This document shows positions 1 to 27,663 of a stretch of DNA of 64,000 nt, one piece after another; within the stretch, counting starts at the first letter, position 1; the number at the start of each line of letters is the position of its first letter. The notes below the pieces were generated by a model. It worked only from the letters and a program-made list of their open reading frames with translations, had not been told where the DNA came from and made no database searches. Origin of the DNA: the human T2T-CHM13v2.0 reference genome, Homo sapiens; NCBI RefSeq assembly GCF_009914755.1, contig NC_060941.1. One strand, given 5' to 3'. Both the position numbers and the translations under genes were made by a program.

Positions 1-3455
<3,455 letters not shown>

Positions 3456-3589
3456 ATATTAATTAGAAACCCATGGTTGAAACTTACCTGAATAGAAGGC
3501 TTTATTTTTTTTCATAGGTAAGCCTATGTTTTCTTGGATGTGAAACTAGGGCACTGGGTTGCTCTTAGGTAATACAAGGAGATGAAATG

Positions 3590-3691
3590 CAGCGATGCGA
3601 TGATGAGTGAAGTAGAGCCTGACCTGGTATTGCCATTGCTTCACTGTTGGCTTTGACCAGGGTATGATCTCTTAATCTTCTCTCTGAGCTG
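3590..3691 (+). ncRNA. SNORD7: Box C/D snoRNA SNORD7 (mgU6-47), guide for 2'-O-methylation of U6 snRNA A47
   Basis: C box ATGATGA 3600-3606; D' CTGA 3619-3622; C'-like ATGATCT 3664-3670; D box CTGA 3684-3687; terminal stem CAGC(3590-3593)/GCTG(3688-3691). Guide TAATCTTCTCT 3673-3683 is complementary to U6 nt 43-53 (AGAGAAGAUUA); the D+5 rule (T3679) lands on A47. Confidence 0.95.
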
Positions 3692-3814
3692 ATTCTGATT
3701 GTGGTTTTTCCACACAGGTGTGTTGTATCCTGTTTGGACACTGGTTTTATTATGTTTAAGATGTTTCTTTTATTTTCTTTTGAATTACTGATATTCTCAT
3801 GTTTTCCTCCTTAG

Positions 3815-4232
<418 letters not shown>

Positions 4233-4749
4233 AATGTTTAATTAACCATGATATTTGCTTTGGTAAAACCTTTGAGGTTTAATGAGAATTTTAAAATTCA
4301 TTATACTTTTCTTATGGCATATAAAAGTTTTAATATTTTTTTATTGTCTCAACTAACATCATAAATGTCTTAATGTTAAAATCCATGGGATATTCTATTT
4401 AAAATTTTAGCTTTATCACCTTTGTGCTATCAGAGAATGTGCTTTGAACTGGTAAAATGAGTTAAAGTATTGGAAAACACTTATGTCAGCAGAGGCTCTT
4501 AAAAATCATTTTCATCCTTCCTCTTCTAGTGATGATTTTTTTTTAACCCATGTTTTCACCAGTCTACCAATCCAATGGCATAAATGCTCCTACATAGGCA
4601 ACTTAAGTGTTTCTTAAGTTGATGCAAGGTATTTTGCATGAGGCTGAATTCTTGTTGTCGGAGCAGAGGATTTTTGTTCCAACTACTGAATTGGCAAAAT
4701 GTTAAATATAAAAACACCTCAAAAAGTCAAAGGTAGTCTGAATGAAAAA

Positions 4750-5400
4750 TTTATTTTAAACACCTCAAGTAATCTTTACATTTCTACAAAATCATAACAT
4801 AGTTCTTTTCCAGAAACATTTATTCTTAAAATCTACTTAAGTGTTTCATAGAAACTTTAGTAATAACCAGAATAATTCATGACAGTTTAGCAAACTCTTA
4901 GCAGCAAGCAGAAAGAACTTATTAAAATATCCTTTCTTTACACAATTAGATTAGTATTTTGCTTCATGTCTTCATTGCTTGTTAGCTTTGCTTTTACACA
5001 GGAATCTTCAGACTACTCTCTGTAACACTCAACCCCTATTCCTTTTTTAACCAGTTTCTCAAGAAGGATATGGAGAGCTCATAAAGGAATATCCTCAAAT
5101 ATCCTAAATATCCAACTTTTAAAATACCTTTTTTATCCTTAAAAGCTGATAAACAATAGATGTCACTTAACAAATGTCTCACAGTATATGGAAGGAGCTT
5201 TTTTCCCCCCCAGAGTGTTTCTAAGCATTTCTATCAAGAGCAAGTCTGCATTTCTTATCGTTTGCAAACTGATGAAATTTCCACCTTACAGACAGGCAGG
5301 TAAATGCTTTCTTTTCTAAAAAGAAGTCTTGCTACCACCTCACTGTTCACTTTATTTTTTATGCGGTCTAACCTGGGTTTTTCGTAAGAGCTCCTTTATT
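4750..5400 (-). terminator. PEX12: PEX12 3' UTR polyadenylation signals (AATAAA on - strand at 5395-5400, 5351-5356, 4819-4824, 4750-4755)
   Basis: TTTATT hexamers on + strand downstream of the PEX12 stop codon. Confidence 0.65.
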
Positions 5401-5720
5401 TCTTATATTTTAAGGAAAGGGATAGGCAAAAACTTGTGTACTCATTATTCTGTTTAATCTCTACACTGGCCCTCATATCCCCTGCCAGTCCTGATCCTTC
5501 TACTTTAAGCAGCTTGGTCAACTGTAAGTAGGGTTCTAGAGAGCAGGCTAAAAGGTTAGGATCAAATGGGCATATCCTTTTAAAGAAATCCATATAATCA
5601 TTTAAAGTTCATATAGTTATGAATTGAGGCTGAGAAGTGTCAACTCAATACCATGCTGAAACCAGCTCTGTGACATTACAGCGCAATACTTTTGTTGTGA
5701 GGATAAGACATGATTCCCTT

Positions 5721-6170
<450 letters not shown>

Positions 6171-6529
6171 TCATTACAAAGTGACTAATATAAATGCAAT
6201 TCTTACATTTTTCATCAGAATCACTGGGGGACTGAATGGTTGGTAGACTGGTACTATCTCCTTAAGGATCTATTCTAAGTGATTCTAACTTACAATATTT
6301 TAGGAGCATAGGAGCTAAGCTTTGTTTTTAGTAACATGATTAGGGTTTGGTTTTGTGTTTTGAAAGATAAATCAGAGAATTTGATTATATAGACCTCCTC
6401 CCTTTTTTTAGTGGAAGATAGTGATCCAGAAAAAAAAAAAAAAACCAATTCACTTAATAAAAAACTTAGCAGTATTGAGGAATGTATATATTTGAACTTG
6501 TAGGAGAACACAAATATGAACTAGAAGGA

Positions 6530-6790
6530 GCACAGCATCATGATTAAGAGCACAGTCTTAGGCTGGGTGCAGTGGCTCACAGAGCACAGTCTTTAGAATT
6601 GTATTGGTTTGGTTTGAATCCCAGCTCTGCCACCTTCTATGTACCTACGTGACTTTGGCAAGGTACTTAACTGCTTGGGTTTAGTTTCCTCAACTGTGAG
6701 CTAATACATTTACTTCATTGGGTTGTGTTGAGGATTGAGATAATGTACGTAAAGCAAGCACCTAGCACAGGGCCTGGGACATAGCAAGTA
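6530..6790. mobile_element. MIR in PEX12 intron 2, carrying a tiny Alu remnant
   Basis: MIR core-like ttgaatcccagctctgccac...gtgactttggcaaggtacttaac...tttcctcaactgt...gcacctagcacagggcctgg. Confidence 0.75.
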
Positions 6791-6977
6791 TGCACTAAAG
6801 TATACCTGGAATGATGAAGGTTACCAGGATGACAGTCCTTGTTTTATGGACACAAGGAATAGCTTTTCTATGACTCTATGAAATGCCACAAAGTTAACAG
6901 GGAGGTGAATTTTACAAAACTGGGATACGATTTTCGAATTTACTAACTAAAGATCTTTTGGAAATGTTAAGGCCTTA

Positions 6978-7532
<555 letters not shown>

Positions 7533-7827
7533 CTAAAGCAAAATAAAGCAATAAGTGAAATTCATTCCATTACACAAGTTCTACACCTATTTACATTCCC
7601 CCTTTTCCTCTAAAGTCTACACAATTTGTTTTAAATAAGTCACTGTTGGACCCTGAAATGCTGGGTATTCAGTACAGGTCTCTACACATAACAGAGACTC
7701 AGTAACTCTTAAGTCATGGGATACAAGTTATTTGCAAATTGGCTATTTCAAACGCTAGGCTACCAAATAAGCACAAATTATTCGTTTGTTTTTTACCCAG
7801 TTGTCCCTAAAACCTTTCCAAGAATTA

Positions 7828-8930
<1,103 letters not shown>

Positions 8931-9831
8931 TGGTGGTTAATTTATATGTCTTAGCCTTCCAGAAATGATTTAAAGCGACATAGCAGGAGATAGGAGCCTT
9001 AGATTTATTGCCGCCAATTATAAGGAAAGATGATTGGATTGAGAAAGGTTCATGCTTGTTCCTCAGTACTTGAGACGGTTAATTTTCATCCAAGCTGGTA
9101 GTTTAACGTCTTCCAGGTTTTGGCTATATTCAAGCATAACTGCATGCACTTGCTATACTGGATGAAAATGGTCTCCATCCTTGAACACAGTTGTATATGT
9201 CACCACCAGCGATATGAATACAGTACTAACGCAGAGGGAGCTTTATGAATTGTAACTAGCATGCACTGGGGACACTTGACAGAAAGTTTCCTTTCATGCC
9301 GTTTTTATACCAAAATGAATGTGATTTACCTTAAGGTTTGTAAAGTGCTTTTATGTTATGTACAGCTTTGTCTCGCTGAAGTTGGCTGACACAGCCTTAT
9401 TGAATTTGGATGAGAGTTCCACCTCTCCTCCCTTCCTCTGGGAAGTGCCACCTCTGGGCTAAATAGCTGGGAATAGAAGGTATTGTTTACTGCCCTAGAG
9501 GCCCTTATGTTATAAAAATAATTGGTTTGCATAATGAGAACCCTCAAAAACAAGGTTTGGATTTAGTTATTCCAATAGGAGAGAAAACCTTACAAATTGT
9601 CCTTAATTATAGTTATAAAAAGTGTTTTTTACTCTACCAAAAGACATTATATTGATATATGATTTTTACCTTACAGAGTTTTAAGACTAGACATAGTTTA
9701 TCCATATGAAGCACCTGGATACATATTAGGTGCTTGTTTAATAGTAACTGTTATGTACAAGCTTTTCTTAATAGCAAAAATACAAAGTTGAGAGGTAGCA
9801 TCAACTAAATCAAGCAGGAAATTAAACATTT

Positions 9832-10170
9832 TTGTCACTTAGGGATCTTTGGTTACAAGCAACAGAAACAAACAGGCTAATTTAAACTAAAACGGAATTT
9901 ATTAGAAGTGTATGGAGTAGCTCACAAAATAAGTAAAGCCAGCCCTGAAAGAACAGGAACTTAACAATACTATTGGGACTGCCTAACAGGAATTAGAAGT
10001 TCTTATCCAGGCAACGTTGTTGCAGTGAACGAGCTTCCACCAATTTCTGTTTGTGACTCTGCTCGTGATACAAATTTTGACTGACCTCTCTTGGTTCAAG
10101 TTCCCTCTCCACCCTGTCTTTCACTCTTAGCCAGGGGAAGGCAGGATGTCTTGATTGATAGTCCCATGGA
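9832..10170. mobile_element. Old MaLR (MLT1-family) LTR fragment
   Basis: Starts tgtcacttagggatctttggttacaagcaacagaaac...ggaatttattagaag, resembling MLT1 LTR ends. Confidence 0.55.
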
Positions 10171-10199
10171 AGTACTCCAAAAGTTAACTAAACGTATGG

Positions 10200-16165
<5,966 letters not shown>

Positions 16166-17139
16166 TCCTAGCCTTTTTTTTCTATACATATATAGTCATA
16201 CTGTATACTGTATTGTTTGGTGTCCTTTTTTTGCTTAACACTTTATGAATTTTCTGTCATAAAATATTCTATAACATTATGCAGCTATCTGATTTACCAT
16301 AACTGTTTGCATTCTCTCACCTTATACCTGGCTTTCCAATTTCCCCTATTCCCCTATTTTAATAACAGAGGAAATAATAATACATGAGTATGTTATACAA
16401 AATTTTAATGTACTTCTGATCACTTTTTTAAGAATGAAGTTTTAAAATACTGAAACACTTTTTGACTCACAGAGTTCATAGGCAAAATGTGAGAAAAATC
16501 ATCACTTTGCTCTCCATCCTTCCTTACACCCTGAAATTAACCTTAGGGACAGCTAGTTCATTTAACATCATCAATCTTGTTCTCCAGTTCCAGGTCCTGG
16601 AATCTAGCTCTTAGTGTCCGAAAGAAACTTACTTTTGTGTAAGCACACCTATTATATACTAGGCACTTTACCTAATTTATCTGGTTTAAACTTCACATGC
16701 CCGAGAGAGATACTATCATTGTCTTCATTTCACAGATAAGAAGGTTGATGAGACATTAACTGTCTCAGTCACATTCAGGGTAGGGATTCAAACTCACATC
16801 CAATGCCTCCTCAACCTCTTTTACGTGCAGCACTATCCTCTAGCCCCACTGCCCGTATATAGGCCTGGGCTATATCACCATTGTCCGCCCTTGAGCCTGG
16901 AAGGAAAATGAGCTGAGGGGTTTTGTTTTTTCAGAAAGGAACAGGATATTTCATCATCTCTATGTTTACGTTTTTCAGAGAATTTCTGTGGGAGGAAACA
17001 AATCCATTGTCAGCTTTTTAAAATATATCCCTTTGGAGTAGCCACTTAACATCCTCTGAGGCCCAGATGGGCTAGCTTGCCGGGACCAAAGGAAATCTTT
17101 GGGTCTGGAAGGCGACAAGAGATCACAGGCTTTCTAGGT

Positions 17140-17800
17140 CTACCGCGCACCCCGATGACGTCACGCGGCGACGTTCTCTGACGTCAGAGTTTCCTGCCCA
17201 CCATCTTTGTCCCTGGCAAAGTGGGTTTTGCGCAGTGGCTTAGACCTAGAAAAGAATCGTGACGGGCAGGAAACCATTACACCACCACCTGGGCTGTGCT
17301 CTCCGGCTCCCGCCGCCACCCCCGCCCTCGCCTTCGCCTCCGCCTCCGGTGAGTTCAGGGCGGTTGCCTTTAGGGTGTGTCCCTAATTGACGGGGTCGGG
17401 GACGGAGAGAAGGGTAACACCAGGCTGGGTCGGAGACCGGCGGAGGCGAGGAAATCCTAAGAGCGTGACCGTTGATGATGCAGGGAACCGTCGGGTGTGA
17501 CCATTGAGAGGGAAAAGGTTGGAGAAAGGGTCTCTACCATGATGCCTGTGGTGCGGTGAGGGAATCCTCGGGTGTGGCAGCAGGTAGTTGGGGGCAGGAG
17601 GGGAAGATGTGTTTCGGAATTGAGGGTTTAGGGGGACCAGAGGCCAGGGGTGTGGCTGATAGAGCCTGGAGGCCGTGGGGGGAACCGTCTTTCTTCCCCG
17701 CTCGGCGTCGTTCACTGAGAGGCTGAGACGTGTCCAGCAAGCCAAAGGGAAAAGGGATTCCCTCAAAGGTTTGCTCATTGATGGGCGAACGTCGTCTCTC
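17140..17800 (+). promoter_or_regulatory. AP2B1: AP2B1 CpG-island promoter with two full CRE sites
   Basis: TGACGTCA at 17156-17163 and 17179-17186; ETS-like CAGGAA pair; YY1-like CCATCTT ~17201; GC boxes ~17320. Confidence 0.85.
17260..17348 (+). other. AP2B1: AP2B1 non-coding exon 1 (5' boundary approximate)
   Basis: GC-rich leader ending at strong donor CCG|GTGAGT (17349). Confidence 0.75.
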
Positions 17801-18214
17801 GGGTAACTTGAGGGTAAGAGACAACCTCTTCCCTGCTCCGTAATGGAGGAGCATATCGCTAGAATCTTGACCACCTGGGGAAAGAAGAGGCATTCCTTAC
17901 TCTTGGAGGAAGGAAAGAGTAACCTCCAGAATTGACCCGATGTAAGAGAGGGGGAAGCAAATGGGGGCAAATCTTAACCCAGCATCTTTTTTTTTTTTTC
18001 TTTTTCTGGGCTCTGCAGTAATGGTCTGGTTTGGGAAAGGCTGTAGATTAAGCTGAAAGTAAAGAAACTGGAACGTCCTGTTATTTCCTTATCATTTGAA
18101 TCCAAATCATTTGTTCATGCTGCTTGTTTTCAAGAGTAGTCTTCTATTGGAGGGGTGGGGTGGGGGGGGACAGGCCTTTATTGAACTCACGCGGATGCTT
18201 CATTAAACTTTTGA

Positions 18215-22768
<4,554 letters not shown>

Positions 22769-23119
22769 TAATATATTTAAAGAAGTCTGGTACATTGGAC
22801 AAAGTCTTATAGTTTCTCAAATCAGAAAAAGTAGTCTTATTATTTAGTAAAAATGTGACCAGACTGTGCCGTTTTTGTTAGTAGAGCCATTTGTCATCTG
22901 GATTACTTCTTCTGGAAATTGGGATGGAAGAGTTACGGTTGAGGTTGAGATCCACGTTCTTTTGTTTCAACACCAGTTTGATTCTCGTGTCTGAACGGAT
23001 GTCTCAGTCTTTTGCCTTGTTTTTAACTATAAACTGGCATTATTTGGGAATACTCTTGGGCTAAATCTGGATTGTTGGAAGTAAGAAAGCCACATTTTTT
23101 TTTAAATCCAAAAATATAG

Positions 23120-23378
23120 TTAGATACAATGAATAAGATCTAGTATTTGATAGCACAAAAGGGTGACTGCGGTCAACAATAATTTACTGTACATTTAAAA
23201 ATAACTAAAAGAATGTAATTGAATTGTTTATAATACAAAGAAAGGATAAATGCTTGAGGTGATGGATATCCCATTTACACTAATGTAATTATTATGCATT
23301 GTCTGCCTGTTATCAAAATATCTCATGTACCTATACGCACCTACTAAATACCCACAAAACTAAAAATTAAAAAAAAAA
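23120..23378 (+). mobile_element. L1 3' end (L1MA-like) with A tail
   Basis: gaataagatctagtatttgatagcac...aaggataaatgcttgaggtgatggatatccc...aaaattaaaaaaaaaa matches L1MA 3' UTR pattern. Confidence 0.75.
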
Positions 23379-23952
23379 TTCCATGCATAAGTCATGGTTG
23401 CCTCTCTAGATGTTTGTTGTGAAAGAATATTGTCCTACTAATTTTGAATTTTTTTTTTCTGAAAGAGATTCTTTTTATTGAAAGTTTCATGTCATAGATC
23501 GGCAAAATTGTTTTTTCTTTTGACCTTACACTGCTTCAGAATATATGTTTTGGAGTGATTCCAGCTTGAGGCAAGGAAGTTACCAGATTTTCCTGAATGG
23601 AAAGTAATTGCAGATATATTTATAAAAAGGTCCAGCTTTAGCTCTTGAAAGCTTTGAGGAGTTACTGTGGATAAAATCACAAAGCCATAATAGGTTCATA
23701 CTTTTACCCAGTTGCATTTGGCCTTTAGATTTTTGCCCCATTAGCTTGAGGAGTTACATTCTTAGTTTTTCTTGAACCATCAACGGTGGTGATAAAGGAA
23801 GATGATACTCATTTTTAGAAATTCTTAAATATAAGTGTTCCTAAAATTAATTGGATGTTCTTAAAATTAATTGGATGCCTTGTTGGATATCTATAACCTG
23901 AATGAAGGAATTCTTTTCTCTTGCTATAGGTGCACATTAAAGATCCAAAGTC

Positions 23953-23989
23953 ATGACTGACTCCAAGTATTTCACAACCAATAAAAAAG
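23953..23989 (+). CDS. AP2B1: AP2B1 exon 2 coding part (exon 23930-23989), AP-2 complex subunit beta
   Basis: Acceptor ttgctatAG at 23929; gtcATG ACT GAC TCC AAG TAT TTC ACA ACC AAT AAA AAA G = MTDSKYFTTNKK; donor GTAAGT. Confidence 0.97.
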
Positions 23990-25039
23990 GTAAGTATGAG
24001 AATACAATCAAATCTTTTGAAATTTTCAAAAGTTGTAGTGTAAGATTGCCCCAGGCAGAATGCTGCTGACCTCTTCCTTCAGACATACATGTAGCTGACA
24101 ATCTCACTGGACATCTACTACTTCTATAGATGAATGTATTCAAGCAAGTTATTAAAGAGTAGGTTTTAAAAGAGAGGGCTGTGATGCACATTATTATGAC
24201 TTGAAGGTTCTGTTTAGTGAAAGAGACTCCTCTTTGCTGTTTGAGATGATCCATTGGAGATTGGTTAAGTGTGAGGAGGACAAAAGAAGCAGCATACTTT
24301 TTCCCTTTTATTAAATAATTTTTACTTGGAAATAAACATTTTATAACAAAGAATACAATTAAAGCAATACAGATATGTATGTAAAAGGTAAAAATGAAAG
24401 TTCTCCCTTCCTGTTCCTATTCCCAAGGGAACTTGGTGTATATCCTCAAGTCTTTTTCTCTGCATATGAGTGCATATATTAATACATATGATTTAAAATT
24501 TTTTTATCTTTAATGAAAAAGCAATCTTGCAAAACAATGAATAGAAATGAGTTATTTTCATATCCGTCCATATACATCTACCATGTTCTTCGTCTAGATG
24601 TATATTTAAAACGGAATCTCTAGAGCCATCTATGGTTTTTAGGTCATAGACGGAATTACTTGAGGGACTTTGCACTTATTACTCTCATCATCTTTGTTAT
24701 CAGTAATATAATGCTTGTTTTTACCTATGAGTTTGGGTCTAGGAACAAAGGATTCTTCTGGGGAAAGTCCAACCCTTCATCTTTTGTAAAATTGTTCCTA
24801 AATAAAATAGATCATTTCTAGAAATGTGGAGGGTCTTCCCATCAAAGACAAACATTTTAGCCCATCTCAGCTTATTGTGCCTGTAGCTTAGCTTGCTTTA
24901 TTTGTTGCTTAGGATCAGAATTCTGTGCTTTTGTGTTCAGGAGTCCTTACATTTACCAAAGTATTCCAGACATGGCGCCAACTACCATTCTTCTTTTTCT
25001 CTTGTTGCAGTGAGTTGCTTAATTATGTCAGTTTGTTGT

Positions 25040-25536
25040 CTGTAGCTTTCAGTCTTGGCAACACATCAGAATTGCTCAGCCAGGGAACTTTGAAATAATA
25101 CTGATGCCTGGGTCTCAACCTCAGCCTGATTTCAGTTGTCCTGGATATGGTCTGGGTGTGAGGATTTTAAAGGTTCTCCAGGTGGCCAGGCATGGTGGCT
25201 TATGCCTGTAATCCCAGCACATTGGGAGGCTGAGACAGGAGGATTGTTTGAGTGCAGGAGTTTGAGACCAGCCTGGGCAACATGGTAAGACCCTATCTCT
25301 ATGAAAAAAAATTTAAAAATTAGCCCTGTACGGTGGTGCACACCTGTAGTCCCAGCTATTTGGGAGGCTGAGGTGGGAGGATCACTTGAGTGCAGGAGGT
25401 TGAGGCTGCAGTGAGTCGTGATTGTGCCGCTGTACCCCAGCCTAGGCAACAGAGAGAGACCCTGTCTCAAAAGAAAAAAATTAAAAAGAAAGCTCCCCAG
25501 ATTATTTTAATGTGCAGCCATGATTGAGAACTACTG
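25040..25536. mobile_element. MER5-family hAT element interrupted by an Alu (~25183-25490 +)
   Basis: cacatcagaat...atactgatgcctgggtctc...ctccaggtg [Alu] ...ttaatgtgcagcc..ttgagaactactg. Confidence 0.65.
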
Positions 25537-26438
25537 CTAGCTGCTAACAGTGCTTGGTAGATTTGATTGGGGGGAGGAGGAGGGAGAAAATATAGGAATT
25601 TAATAAAGTTGTAGAATATATGACTTTGCCTCTTTTAGTACCCCTCTTTGGTCCTGCCCAACTTTTTCCTCCTTATTTTTATTACTTACACCTCACAAAA
25701 GCCATTAGCCACTTGTCATTCAGTCTCAGCTTTTTCTGATTTTCTTTTGGAAATATGTTTATTTCTTCTTCTGTTAGCATTTTGTGTGCTTTGACGAACA
25801 AAATGTCTATAATTATATAAAGGGATACAATTACAATTAAATAGTTATAATTTTAAAACTCTCCTAATTCTTCAAACCTACTCTTGAAAAGTGTCCTGGT
25901 GACCTTTTTTTAATTCAGGCATTTGTAAAAGTTTGAGACTGCAGATTGAATCACTGCTAATAAACATCATACTTAAAAAAAATTGATAGATTGTGTTCCC
26001 TGTACTTCCTGCAACACCCACCAGAACTGCCACTGAAACATATTCTTTAAATTTATGCTTTTGGAATTGGAATAATTTCTGTTACATCCTGCTTTGATTC
26101 TATAACACCTGCTGCTGTTCACAATTCAGACTTTCTGAAACCCCGCCGTTTGTCCTTCACTGTTCCCGGAAGTGAATGAGAGGAACTCTAAGAGCTGGAT
26201 TTGGCAGGATGGGACATGGTGAAGAGTCCTATGAAGAATGACTCTTTAAAGGGCCCAGCTTTTCTTGCTATGCTACTTTTGTAGCTGTTGATTAAATAGA
26301 AATTTTGGAACAATTTTTTTGCCTTATTGGCCATGGATATTGAAACGAAAAAGTGCTCTACTTCTGTGTCTTACTAATTTCATCCTTTCCACATAATGGT
26401 TTCAGGCAAATCACGTAGTGTTTGTCCCCACTATTTCT

Positions 26439-27052
26439 TTCTTTTTTTTTTTTTTGGAGGAGGGGAGGTCAGGTTTTAATGTCCCAGTCCTCGGGCGCCG
26501 TCATCCCGCGCCTGCCAGGCCCGGCGGCCATGTCGCTCACTCGGGTGGCGGCCAGCCTGCCTCATCAGGGCCTTCCGCGGAGGCCGCCCCGTCGCCCTCG
26601 AGCACCAGCTTCACGTCCAGCTCCAGCTGCCCGGTGTAGAAGCCCACGGCGGCGCACACCCAGAGCGGGCTGGTGGCGAGTACAGCGCCCGCAGCTGCGC
26701 CCCCTAGCGTCAGCTGCATGGGCCCCCGCAGCGCTGCCAGGCCCCGCAGGCGCTGCCCCACACCGCACACAGGCCGCCCAGCAGGAAGAAGCCATATGCT
26801 GCTTCGTGATCCATGTCACTCTGCATGAAGGAGATAACCCCGATGCCCTATGCCAGGAGGCCATTGTGGAACCAGGAGAAGAAAGCTGTCTCGTGCGCCT
26901 TTCGGAGAGGAGCCTGGCGCCTGCACGGTCCAGCTCGGACACAGGTGGCGGCGAAGCCCCGTTGTGGGGGCCGTGGCCGGGGGCGAAGGACCCCTGGGCG
27001 CCCCCGCTCCGGGGCCACTGAGGCAGCAGTAGCGACCTCCGGAAGCGGAGAC
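26439..27052 (-). pseudogene. 5'-truncated processed pseudogene of TMEM160
   Basis: Minus-strand frames give LRFRRSLLLPQWPRSGGAQGSFAPGHGP, SELDRA and GLAALRGPMQLTLGGAAAGAVLA...GQLELDV...SAEGPDEAGWPPPE*, matching TMEM160 with frameshifts; intronless; ATTAAA (26480-26475) then poly(A); TSD TGTCCCCACT(A/G)TTTCT at 26423-26438 and 27053-27068. Confidence 0.92.
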
Positions 27053-27489
27053 TGTCCCCACTGTTTCTATGCTGGTAAATGAGATCTGGTTGAAAGGAAC
27101 GACAGGAACAGTCTTGAAGGTGGAGGAAAGTCTTTTGAGGCAGTATGGTAGATGAGCTGGAGGATGTAGATGGAAAGTTGAGATGGGAGTAGTCAACCTC
27201 TTTTTCATGGACTTAGTGTTTTTTTTCCGTTTCTTTTAAACAATATTAGGGTTGTTACTTTCTTTTTTATTTTGGTTCCGGCTTCTTGCAGATAGGTGAG
27301 CCTGGAGACCAGGCCTTAAAATAGTGGTTACAGTCCCTGACAGTTTACAGTGCGGAGCCTAAGCAGTCATTCAAGATTGTACCTTTGGAAATGACTCCAT
27401 TGTGTACCATTCTTGGTTTCAAGATTATTCTTGTTTGATTGAATAGCAAGGGCCTTAAAGCCCACTGATTTATTAAAGTACTGATTAAA

Positions 27490-27663
27490 GTAGTGATTCT
27501 CAACATTGGGTGTGCGTTAGAGTCACTTGGTGGAGCTCTTAAAGGTATAAATATGAGTTCTCTTTGACATTATGATTTATTTGGCCCAGAGTGGAGCCTG
27601 TACTTTGCTATATTTAGTATTTCTCAGGTAATATTAGTGTGTGGCCAGGGCTGAGAACCTTTG
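27490..27663. mobile_element. MER5-family hAT element (degenerate)
   Basis: Ends agtgattctcaac... and ...gggctgagaacc. Confidence 0.55.

Noticed and set aside
17383-17970. 195-aa and 119-aa - strand ORFs at the AP2B1 5' end
   Set aside because: Located in the GC-rich CpG island/intron 1; no recognisable homology; expected by chance
26422-27021. 199-aa + strand ORF and other overlapping ORFs
   Set aside because: Stop-poor antisense frames of the GC-rich TMEM160 retrocopy
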